Positions 1 to 10,149 are shown, counted from the stretch's first letter. The stretch: 11,400 bases of DNA from Geosiphon pyriformis uo1 (GCA_016748015.1 JAAOMT010000168.1:143108-154507), one strand, 5' to 3'. Notes: generated from the letters alone by a model not told the origin. A program made the numbers and translations.

Positions 1-366
1 TTTTTACAAAAAATTTCGACTGTAAATTATCTAATAATATAAAAAAAATAATGAAAAAAATTATAATTAAGAAAAAAAATAAAAAATTATACTAAAAAAG
101 TTATTTTGAATTTAAGCTTAAAGATTATTAATAATTAATAAAATTAGTAACTAATTAATTTTAAAATATTAGTATATAAAAATAAGTTTCAAAGTAATAA
201 TTTAAAAAGTTTATGTTTTCAATATAAGTTTTATTTAAATTGATTTATAACAAAAATATTTTAAGTTTAAGTAAAGATTAATTTTAACAAAAATATATTT
301 TTATAAAAAAAAAGTTTTTTTATTATTATAATATTATTCTATAATTTAACACTTTTTTTCTATTAA

Positions 367-486
367 TATTTTGATAAACTAAAAATATATTTTGTCAAAC
401 AATAAATTATTTTTGTAAATTATAAATTATTTTAATAAACTGTTAAATATTTTGTTAAATTATTAAATATTTTATAAATTTTTAAT
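367..486. repeat. Degenerate ~20-bp tandem repeat, about 6 copies
   Basis: Units start at 367, 388, 408, 428, 448 and 468: tattttgataaactaaaaata / tattttgtcaaacaataaat / tatttttgtaaattataaat / tattttaataaactgttaaa / tattttgttaaattattaaa / tattttataaatttttaat. Confidence 0.6.
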
Positions 487-681
487 GTTATATAATTTAA
501 TATATTATATAATTTAATTATATTTGTGTTTAGTACAAATTAAAAACTTCTTTCTCTCCTTCATTTAAAATTTCCAAAAAAAAGTTAAGAGTTTTTTGAA
601 AAGAAGTTTTTTACCATTCAGTATGATAAATTAAAACTGTTTTTCGATTTCGAGGCCACTGTTGGTCTTAATATTGCTATC

Positions 682-2461
682 ATGAAGAAAGCTGCCAAAG
701 AGTCTGGCTCTGGTGGTGGTCTTAGACCAGTTTTACCAAGAAAAAAGAGAAGGGATGGTGTCTTAGATGACGTTGTCGAAGCTAAGATGGATTCTACTGA
801 TGGTTCAGCTAGTCATTCTTGGGGTTCAGAAACTGGAAATATGACCAAGTCAGAAAGTGTGAATATGGAAGAGAAGTGTCTAGTGAAGGAGACCAGTTTT
901 CAACAAAAAAGTGAAGAGGAGCTTAGTGATAGCAATGCTGATATGACTCTCAAAAATCCCAAAAAGACTGTTACAAAGTGATCTCTTGGTAAACTCATTG
1001 ATACAATTAATTTCAGTGAGGAATGTGGTAATAATGATGATGTGTTAGATGAGTCATTCTCACTTTCTTCCCTTCTGTCTCTTAAGCCTGTGGTCCAAGT
1101 CTTGGTCAGGAAATCTTTTATGTTGGATATCAATCTGGTTGCAGTGGCTGGGAAATCTTCTCAAGAAAAACTAAATTTTGGCAGAAAAATTTTTTCTGGT
1201 GTGAATGGTTTTGGGGGGGCCTCTACTCCCTCAAAATTTGGTAACATAATCTGTGCTACCTTCACTTCTAATGAAGGCAAATGATTGTAGTGTTGTGGTG
1301 AATACTGGTTTCAAGTATTCTGGCAACAATTATATGAATTGGTCAATTGTGCTGAAGAAAATTCCTGTGAGAACATCTTTAAAGACTGTGCATACAGCTG
1401 TGTCTGAGTTTGATAAGATTGTGAAAATCAGAATGCAATTGGTGGGTTTGTGGCAAAAAGCAATTGTTGATTTGGAAAATCAAAATCAGGCTGATCTCTT
1501 GGCTTCTAAGTGGTCCATTCTTATTGGGAAAGATGTGGTTTGTGTGATCAGAGCTGATATGGATAAACAAACATGGGATGCCAGAGATGAGTTTAGGGCT
1601 TTGTTCTACACTCTTCCTATGAGAACAACTGCTCATAATCTATGGGGTTTTATTGGTTTAGTTAGTGGAAAGACGTGTGTCATTGATCATAATTCTGTCA
1701 GCTATTTATGTGGTCACTGTACAACTGTGTGCTTTGGTTCTAGGTCTGATCTAGTTGATGTGATGAAAATGACTCCCATTATAAAAAGTGTTGGTCTCTG
1801 TTGGTCTTGCCTCTCTTTGGCATTGTGTTTGGTTTGCAAGTGTCCTGGTTATACATCTCTTACCTGTGTTTTGGTTAAGGATAACTCAACTCTAAAGAAA
1901 AAAAAAGCTCCTCTTTCTACACATGACTGGGCCAGATTGGCCAATATTTATGCAAAGAAGTCTGCACCTATATCCTATCCATTGTCTTTTAGTGGCAAAA
2001 CCTGGGCTTTAGTGGTTGGTGCTTTTTCTGGTGTTTCTTCTCATCAGGTTTCTTCTTTTGGTTCCATAGAACATGGTAAACTTCTCTTTCTTGTTGTGAA
2101 TGATTTGGAAAGACAATTAATTGGCATTGAGAACAGTCTCATCAGTCTCATGAGACAAATTGTTAAGTTGGCTAAAAGGTTAGATTTACTCGTGCTGGCA
2201 GTTTCCCAGTCTAGCTTTGGATGTCAGCTGCCAGTGACCCCCCTATCACAGAATCAAGGGGAGGATATAGTAATGGGAGTGGATTTGGGTAAAGCCACTA
2301 GTGGCAAAACTGTTGTATTTAAGAACTCTTCAGCATCCCTCCATGTCATCAAGTTGGAAAATATGTTGAAGAGCCTCTTTAGGTCTGTGTTGAGCTTATT
2401 TGCCCACTTTGACAGTTTGGCTTTGGCTGGTGGTGCTTTTTCTTTATCCATTTCTCAATGA
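682..2461 (+). pseudogene. LINE ORF1 (nucleic-acid-binding protein), disrupted
   Basis: ORF pieces 682-981 and 1042-1284 share a frame, split by TGA at 979; 1253-2461 follows a frameshift near 1270. Contains basic PRKKRR (736-753), two RRM-like segments (IVLKKIPVRTS..AVSEFDKIVKIRM..AIVDL; ALFYTLPMRTT..TTVCF), a degenerate knuckle C-LV-C-KCPG-Y(H)-TSLT-C at 1826-1867, and heptad leucines at ~2105-2191. Confidence 0.85.
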
Positions 2462-3150
2462 GTAGTCTGGTTTGGAAAATTGCCACATGTAATGTTTGGG
2501 ACATGAACAATCCTGCAAAACAGGATAATATTGTTCGTTGACATAAAGATATAGGCAATTTGATTTTAATTGTTATTGAGACTAAGTTGAAAAGTGGGAT
2601 CCATCTTTGAATTATAGACAAGTTTGATGGTGTTTGGGTTTTCACTTCTAGTTTGGATGTTGGTCATTTGGGTTCTGGTGTCGTGATTATTATGAACATT
2701 TTTTTGGCTTGACATGTGTATAAGATTTTGGATGTTTCTGGTTGGCTTCTTTTTATTAAATTACTCTTCAAAAATAAACTTTCTGTGTTAATTTTGGGAC
2801 TGTATGCTGGAGCATCTCTGGCAGTACATTTTTTTTAGGCAGGCAAGATTAATTCTATGATTGCAAAGGCTGTAAATGAATCTTCTTTTGTCATTTTAGG
2901 TGGTGATTTCAATGAAGATGGCTTTCACAAGAGTGCTAGCTTCAAAAAACGTTTTAACTTGGGTTTGGTCAATTCCTTGGGTGGGAGCTTAATGAGAAAG
3001 TCACTGACTTGGTGCAATTTACGTGGTGTCACCAAGACAATTGATTACGTGTTTGTCTCTTCTAATTTGGTTAATGCTATTATGGGTTGTGATATGATGA
3101 GTGTTGATGACTTCTTTGATACTAATCATAGACCTGTTTTAGTTTCTGTG
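2458..3150 (+). other. APE-type (exonuclease/endonuclease/phosphatase) endonuclease domain of ORF2
   Basis: Motifs in the expected order: KIATCNVWD (NVRG-like), IETKL, GSGVVII, ILGLYAG, ILGGDFN, TW, TIDYVFVS, TNHRPV (SDH-like). Confidence 0.92.
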
Positions 3151-3969
3151 GGTCTGGGTGGTTTGTTAGATGTTCAATTGAATTCACTGTGCAAGCAAGC
3201 AAACAAGAATCATTGGAAATTTGATTTTAAAAATGCAGATGATACTAGATAGTGTGAGTTTAAAGTGTCTATAACGGCCAATACTGCCATGTTCTCGGAT
3301 GTATTCTCTTCGGCCATGAGGTTTTCAGATTTGGATGCAATATGGGACACTGTTTGCAAGATTGTGGTTCTCTCAGCAAATAGAACTTTCAAAAAGAAAT
3401 GGTTCAAAGATTTTGATAATGTTTACAATAAAGAGTCCTCTAAGTTTCATAAGTTGGAGTTGCTGGTTTCCAAGCTGGTTAAGGCTTCTTATTTGGTGTC
3501 TAGTGCTGACTTTGTTTTTTTGTTGGAAAGATGGAATGATCTTGACTCTTTTGGTGTGTTAGCAGTAAAATATCTTTTTCTTTTGGGTTCTAGTTTTGAT
3601 TCTATTTGGTCTGCTCTGGCCAAGACTAGGAAGTTATACCACTCCTTCAAGCTGTCAGAGTTCAGACACACTAAGGAGTCTCACATCAGGCTGGCTATCA
3701 ATAAAAGAATAGAAAGTTTTGAGTTGAACAAAAATTACATCATCAGGAGTGTTCTAGAGTGTTTTTTTTGCAAGGTTGTTCTGGATCATCTGGTAGTGGA
3801 TGATGAATTGATTTTGGAGCCTAATTTGGTTAAATCTAAGGTAGATGTGATTATGGAAGGATGAACCAGAAAACATAAGGTTGCATTTGATTTTTCTGAT
3901 GACTGGGTTTGCCAATATCAGCTGCTAGATTATGTGTTCAATGATGCTTTTTCTGGTGTCATGTGTTCA

Positions 3970-4515
3970 ATTAGTTTTGACAAAATGTTTGCTGTGGTCA
4001 AGGATCTGCTTAATGGGAAGACTGCTGGTCTCTCTGGCATTTCTAATGAGCTGTGGAAACATTGTAACAAGTCTGTTTTGGATATGCTTCTGGTGCTTTT
4101 GAATTTTTGCTTGGTTGGTGAATCAATATCTGGACCTTAGAAGGAAGCTTGGATTTCAATGATTCCCAAACCATATGAATGGGAAGGTGTACTTACCAAC
4201 ACTCATTCTATTGTTTTGATTAAAACGGCCCAAAAGATTCTTTTCAAGATTCTTTCAGATAGAATTTCTTCTGCTTGTAGTACTTTTAATGTTCTTTGTG
4301 GGGACAATTTTTCCATTTTGAAAGGTAAAATGACACAGTCTCCCATTTTTGCCATTGGTTCAGTAGTTGAGAATGCGTTGAAAAAGAGCAGAGAACTTTG
4401 GCTGGTTTTACAAGACATGCATAAAGCTTATGACTTGGTTGGTTGGGAACATCTCAAGAGAAATCTGGTTAGGATCAAGATGTGTGACAAGTTTATAAGA
4501 TTTTTTGGTGGCATT
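3970..4515 (+). other. N-terminal half of non-LTR reverse transcriptase (domains ~0-3); domains 4-7 missing
   Basis: GKTAGLSGISNELWK, *KEAWISMIPK, NTHSIVLI..KILFKILSDRI and LQDMHKAYDLVGW. No QG..SP motif or xDD motif follows; the sequence jumps to post-RT residues at 4512. Confidence 0.9.
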
Positions 4516-5342
4516 TAGATGTTTGGGTTTTTGCTAATCTTGTTTTGAAGAAAGCAATCTCAGACAAACAGTTTGCATATTTGGTGTCTGTTGTCCTTTT
4601 CCCAATTATCTGTTACAAAACTCAGTTCAGTTATGTCCCACTTAGTGTATGTAATAAATGGGATGCTTTGATTTGCAAGGGCTTGAAGTTTAAGTCTAGC
4701 CTTCCACTCGATTTTCCCAATGATGCTTTTCACCATCTTTCTTTGTATGGGCTGAAAACTTTTAAACAGATTCAAACTAAAAGCAAGTCAGCATTGGTCA
4801 TTTCCTTTGTAAATTCTGTTGGTATTTTGGGTCATCTGTTCTTCCACAGGTCTCACAATCTTCAGGTTCTCAGCTGGTGCTCCCATCACCCTTTGCAGTT
4901 TCTGGCTTGTATTCGAGTCAGTCTTTCAAATAATTTTTTGTCAGGTGTGATCTGTATTTTTTTTGGGTACAAGTTGTCTCTGGGTGGTTCTCTGGCTGGT
5001 GCTTTTTGCTTTGGTGGTGGCACTTCTATGTCTCTGGTTCTCGGTAAACAATATTTTTTCAAGTGTGTTTCCTTACTTCATCACTATGGTATTGCATTCA
5101 TGGAGTAGTTGCGAGACTGGGTTGGTACTGTTTTTAGTTGGAAAACCTTTAAAAGATGGAAACAGTTGGACCTGTGTGGTCCTGTCCCCCTCTAGTTTAA
5201 GCTTTCTGTTTGTTTTTTTGATAGTGTGGCAGCTTCTTTTTCTGGCCTTCCTCTGGTGGTTGGTCCGATTTCTTCTGATGTTTTACAATCTTGTAAGTTT
5301 GATGTCATTGGTAATAGTTTGTTGTGTGTTGGTGCTGCTCGT

Positions 5343-5735
5343 CTTTCTGTGTTTACAGATAGATCTTTGAGTGGCTTGAGTACTTCTGATATGAGAGCTG
5401 GCACTGCTGCATACTTTGAGAATATAGACTTGGGTTTGGGTGTGGAGATGTCAGGCTTGGTTTTTTCTATGATGATGGAGTTGCAAGTGATAACTTTAGC
5501 TCTCGAGTGTATTCTTTTCTTTTGTTTGGTCAATCTGTTCTCTGACAGCCAGGCAGCCTTGGATGCTTGCAGGTCTGAGTCTTCTTTGTTTCATCCGAAT
5601 TTCAGAAATAGATGTTGGATTGAACACCATCACATAATAAATGTCATTCGTCATAAAAATTTGGATGTAAACTGGATTAAAGTTAAAGACCACTCGGGAG
5701 TTTTGGGCTATGAACATGCTAATGCATTGGCTAAG
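5343..5735 (+). other. RNase H domain of ORF2 (degenerate)
   Basis: LSVFTDRS (YTDGS-like), MELQVITLAL, LFSDSQAAL and WIKVKDHSGVLGYEHANALAK (W..VKGHSG..GNE.AD.LAK-like). Confidence 0.9.
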
Positions 5736-6089
5736 ACTGCTGTGTCATCTGGTAAGCATTTGCCACATATAGTTAATGGGTATTTTTTGGTGGCTGATGG
5801 TACTGCTGTTTCTGGTAACTCTAGACATTTCGTTTATGATGTTTTTTGGTCTGTTCATCATGCACATTAGAAGATTAGCTATGGTTCTTAGGTTGTGGCA
5901 GGTAGTCTTAGTGCTGATATTGATCAGTCCAGGTCATTGTTGGTTTGGCATCCAGATTCTCATCTGGCTGCTGGTTTCACCAATGTATGGACTGCTGGTT
6001 TATGTTTTTATTTCATGAAGACTTTACATCACCAGCTCCTGGTGGCTGTATAGAAGCATCTTTACAATAAGTATTATCTTAATGTTTTA

Positions 6090-6137
6090 TGTCTGTTCTG
6101 TGAGGACATTGAGATCTCAGATCATGCCTTTTCTTGT
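6090..6137 (+). other. C-terminal CCHC zinc finger of ORF2 (C-x2-C-x7-H-x3-C)
   Basis: Translation in the ORF2 frame: CLFCEDIEISDHAFSC. Confidence 0.85.
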
Positions 6138-6743
6138 CTGTTTGAAGCTTTTGTTCATGCCCATTTGTTGGATACTCGTGTCTCTGCTTAGAAGACGTGT
6201 TCTAGTTTGTCTCATTCCTTCTTGTGCATTTTTCAGTTGTTGTATACTTGTGCTTCGAATGTGGACATTAGTGTTGCTCTGTGTAAGGGCTTTGTTTTCA
6301 GAGATTGGTTTAATGAGTCTGTTGCCATCCTCAAGGATCCCAAGGCTGTGAGCATATGTATAGTGAATTTTGTATGTAAGTTGTGTGCAATGTTTTGTGA
6401 GGAGGTTTGGCTGGTCCATACCAAATATCGGGTGTTCATAGAAAAAAAGAGGCTGATCCCAAGTAACAGCTCCATTCTTTCTTTGGTTTCTGGTCTCTCT
6501 TCAAGGCTTTTTGCTGGTGTAGTCAGGTTGTTAAATGTTGCCGATGCTTGTGGTATTGGTTTTGGGTTTCGTAAGTCTTGTTAGTTTTTTTTGGGTATTG
6601 GTAGCATAGTCTCTGTTTATATAAGTGCCTAGTATTGTTCTGATTGGTCTGAGTGGCTAGTTACATGTAGAAAATGCATGATTCATACCTAGTTTAGATT
6701 ATTTGAATAATGTATAGTACTAGGCTGCATTTGAACTTTACTC

Positions 6744-6763
6744 ATTAAATGTTTAAAAAAAAA
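6744..6763 (+). terminator. Candidate polyadenylation signal and residual poly(A) tail of the LINE
   Basis: ATTAAA at 6744-6749, about 110 nt after the ORF2 stop, then A9 at 6755-6763 exactly where composition drops to very high AT. Confidence 0.5.
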
Positions 6764-6941
6764 TTAAATTAAATTATTAATTAAATAATAATTTAGATAA
6801 TTTGCTAAAATAATAAGTAATAAATCAAAATAATAATATATGTTAATTAATAATAAAAATTATAAAAATAATTTTATTTTAATTAATATCTTAAATTTTA
6901 ATTAATAACAATATATTTACTATATATAATTAGCTATTTAA

Positions 6942-9538
6942 CTAATTTAAACTACAATATACAGATATCACATTACTTATTATATTATTTATAGCAATAA
7001 AAAACAAATAATAAAATTATTTTTTAAATAAATTACTTAATTTTTTTTAATACCAAACAAAAAAATTATTTTACTTAAAATATAATTAAAAAGTTTTTTG
7101 ATATTAACCAGAGCTAAAATTTTTATTAACAAAATTCTGAATTTTTCTAACTTTATTCTAAGTTTTAAAATAAACAATCAAATTTGCTTTCTATAACCAA
7201 AAACTAAATTATATACAAAATTTATTATTTTAAAAAAAGCCAGTTTAGTATATTTAAAAGCCATTCTGACTTTAGTCACTTATAATTTGAACACAAAACT
7301 TTTACATAAAACTATATACAAATTTATATTAAAAACACTTAAAATTAAGTTTTAAAAAATAATAAAAGAAGACAAATTAGTATTAAACAAAAAGTATCAT
7401 AAAATTGAATATGCAATTAAAAAATTATATTATATTATTTGGTTTTCTTAACAGACAAAACTATAATTAAAAAATTTAATTTTATTATAATGTATACAAA
7501 AAACACTATGATAATGTTTATTATAAAGTTTTTTTAATAATTATTAATAGTTTATAATATAAAGTCTTTATAATATAGATATACAAACTTGTTATGAATT
7601 TGTTAGTAAAACTAGTTGCTATATATGAGTTAAGATGCCATATTAAGACTATTGCTTCTTAATTAATATTATTAACATACAAAAAACTTACTATATTAGG
7701 CACTAAAACTCATTTTTTATAAGATTTTTCAAACAATATTATCTAAAACAGCTTTTTTACCAGTTATTATATAGCTTTCAAACACATTAGTAAAAAGTAT
7801 TAAATCAAAATAAATTGTAAAATCTGCTAAAACATTGGCATGTTTATTGTTTACAATTTTTAAATATTTTTTTATTTTTATTTATTTAACAAACAAACTT
7901 TTATTATGAATAATATTAATCACATAATAACATTTTATTTAGTAAAAATTTTAAAGATCAAGTTTTAACAAATACAATTCAAAATAATAAGCATTAATAG
8001 TAACTTGGCTATCTAAAAAAATTTTAACATAAGAAAAAAAATACACACTTAAAAAACAAAATAAAAATTAATAATTCAGTTAAAACTAAGAAAAACAGAC
8101 TATTTACTTGTATATTTATACCTAAATTTAAACTAAAAAAATATGTTATTGTATTAACAACAACAAAATATAACTAAAATTATTAACAAAATTATCTGTA
8201 AAGATTGATAAAATATTTGAATTATTATTTTTTAAAATAGATTTGATATCAAAAAAAATCTAACATATTTAATATACTTAACTTGAAAAGATAAATTAAA
8301 ATTTATAAAACTCTCTAAAAGTACAAATTTAAACATCAAAAAAATTAAAACTCTTAAAATTTTTCTAAAAAAAAACCCTTTTTTAAACTGTTTAAAAATT
8401 GTTTAGCTAATATTATTTCAAAATACTTCAAAAATTTGACAATTTTAGAATACTTAATAATCTTTATAATATCTAAAACAGAAAAATTATAATATTACTT
8501 AAAAACAATAATTTGTAAATTTATAATTTTATATTTAAAAACTATCTTAGAATGCTATTAATATTAGCAAAATTAACAATAAAAGCAATTTTATTTTTAA
8601 TTTAAGCTTAGTTAAAAGACTTTAGATTGTAAAATAAGAGATAATACATTATATTACTTGAAAAAGTTTTTGGCAAACCAGTATTAAACTTTAAATTATG
8701 CTTAATAATCAGGTTTTATTTTGTATATAAATATTTATTAACAAAACTAAATTGTATTTTATAGCACAAAATAAGATACAAAACAGCAGAAACCAAATAT
8801 GTAAATTGTTTGTTTAAAATAGTTTTTTATTAAACAATTACTAAAAAAAATTTTATATTAAAACTGGTTTTTTTAAAGTTAGATATTAAAAGATTTTTTA
8901 ATAATATATAAATTTCTAAATATTTATAAGGCTTATTAAATTTAATAATTAATATAGTGAAATTATTTATAATCAAATTAATTTTTAAGGTTTTTATATT
9001 AATAGATATAACAACAGTTTTATTTAAATTAATAGCTATATTATTAATATTAAAAAACTTATCAATAATATTCAAAATATTTTGCATAGCTAAATAACTG
9101 TGTTTAATTCAAATTGTATTATTAATAAAAACATATACTATTAAAAATAACATCAATTTTATATCAAATTCAACTTTATTGGTCTTAATTATATATTTAA
9201 AATCAATTTTATAACTAAAAAAATATTATGTTCTCAGACTTTATATAAAAATAGATTATAAAAAATTCTTCATATAAAAATAAAACATTTTACTTTAATT
9301 TAGATTATTATAAACTGTATACTTACTAATTAAGCCAAAATTTGTTATAATTTTGTTAATATAGCTATTATAAATATAATTAAAAAATTTAATAAACTTT
9401 AAACACATTTTAATTTTTAATAAGCATTTTTGCAGATGTAATTAATCTACTAAATTAAAATATCTACTAAAACCAAAAAATTATTTTTTTTAAAATATTA
9501 TACTTATTATACATACTGTTATAGGTGATTATTTAAGG
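6942..9538 (-). mobile_element. Heavily C>T/G>A-mutated relic of a related LINE ORF2 (RT core, linker, RNase H, CCHC finger, C-terminus)
   Basis: Reverse-strand translation is collinear with the + copy: FNLVD*LHLQKCLLKIKMCLKFIKFF (~9460-9380), NNLN*SKMF (9309-9283, D/GxxQGE-like), I*RIFYNLFL, VFINNTI*I (FINN 9129-9118), ORF 9087-8830 (NINNIAINLNKT..YKYLEIYI), KTILNKQFTYLVSAVLYLILCYKIQFSFV (~8826-8740), LSIFTDN (8211-8191), FLDSQV, KHANVLA (~7845-7825), WHLNSY, CIHYNKIKFFNYSFVC (7498-7451), LCKSFVFK and ISNVISVYCSLN* (stop 6944-6942). Confidence 0.9.
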
Positions 9539-9927
9539 TGTTAAAATAAATAACAAATCTGTAATTTGGTATTCAATAGTTATTGATAATGGTAATTTCT
9601 GAAGGTTTTGTGATTTAAAAGTTTTGGTTAAATTTTTTGTATAATAGACAGAAATTCAAACTGGTTGTTTCTTTTGTAAATTTCTTTTTTTAGTATAGTG
9701 ACTGGTTTAATCTAACAGTTATGCTCTTTTAATAAATTATTTTTAAGTTTTCTATTTTTGTTTTATGGGTTTTTTATCAAGCTATTTTTTATGTTAATTA
9801 CTCAATACTTAATCTCTTAATCAATTAATAAATAACAAAAAAATAAAAATAAAAAATTAATATTTTGTTAATAGTTATGATCAAAAGCTATTGGTTTAAT
9901 ATAGTTAAGTATTAGATTTTATTAACA
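9539..9927. mobile_element. Candidate LTR (3' LTR or solo LTR)
   Basis: Bounded by inverted termini TGTTAA (9539-9544) and TTAACA (9922-9927). It starts where LINE-relic homology stops and strand skew flips. No clear PPT, PBS or matching TSD is visible. Confidence 0.4.
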
Positions 9928-10149
9928 TAGATTGTTGATAATATAAATATAATTAATATTTTTTAATCAAGCAATGATAATATAAATTAGATAATAATAA
10001 AATAAACAAAATATTAGCCGAAAAAGAAATTAGCAAAGTTATTTTTATAAAAAATAGATTAATTAATATTTTATTAATATGGATATAATTTTATTTTAAG
10101 TTATAAAAAACTATCTTTTGAAGAAAAAAGTATTTGCTAACTATTAATT

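Larger units (their letters stand above)
2458..6632 (+). pseudogene. LINE ORF2 (pol) pseudogene: APE endonuclease, reverse transcriptase with internal deletion, RNase H, C-terminal CCHC finger
   Basis: One frame runs from ATG 2458 to ~4515 and a second from 4512 to TAG 6630-6632. Reading through the premature stops (2539, 2608, 2710, 2836, 3250, 3862, 4138, 5106, 5193, 5868, 5889, 6051, 6189, 6582) gives a continuous pol-like protein. Confidence 0.93.
545..6763 (+). mobile_element. Non-LTR retrotransposon (LINE), near full length but inactivated: 5'UTR-ORF1-ORF2(APE-RT-RNaseH-CCHC)-3'UTR-A tail
   Basis: Collinear ORF1 and ORF2 domain motifs (see sub-features). GC is clearly higher than in the flanks (hand-counted example lines: 23/60 at 1681-1740 versus 5/60 at 8941-9000). 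The 3' end has ATTAAA (6744-6749) and an A9 run (6755-6763). The 5' boundary is approximate and set by the composition change. Confidence 0.93.

Noticed and set aside
367-486. CRISPR-like array
   Set aside because: The units are contiguous with no unique spacers, there are no cas genes, and the context is eukaryotic retroelements.
537-545. Possible LINE target-site duplication (aaattaaa upstream versus 6761-6768)
   Set aside because: Too short and low-complexity in extremely AT-rich flanks to distinguish from chance.
3970-4515. Prokaryotic RT system (retron, DGR, group II intron)
   Set aside because: The RT is fused to an APE endonuclease, RNase H and a CCHC finger, with an upstream ORF1 and an A tail, which is diagnostic of a LINE.
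900-6475. Short antisense and alternate-frame ORFs in the track (e.g. 900-1133 -, 4963-5370 +, 5192-5533 -, 6117-6419 -)
   Set aside because: They are shadows of ORF1/ORF2. The hydrophobic alternate-frame peptides follow from the T-rich strand and show no independent motifs.
2458-6632. Alternative genetic code or A-to-I editing rescuing stops at Trp positions
   Set aside because: Stops are both TGA and TAG, some appear to replace Arg or Gln (C>T, which A-to-I editing cannot repair), catalytic residues carry missense changes, and the RT core is deleted. This is mutational decay.
9445-9471. 10-bp direct repeat atctactaaa as a TSD or 5' end of the relic
   Set aside because: LINE homology seems to continue past it to ~9538. 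It is more likely chance convergence of mutated codons or a small local rearrangement.
10081-10125. Possible eroded polypurine tract and alternative LTR start on the - strand
   Set aside because: It requires assuming many G>A reversions in non-coding DNA and cannot be supported from this copy alone.
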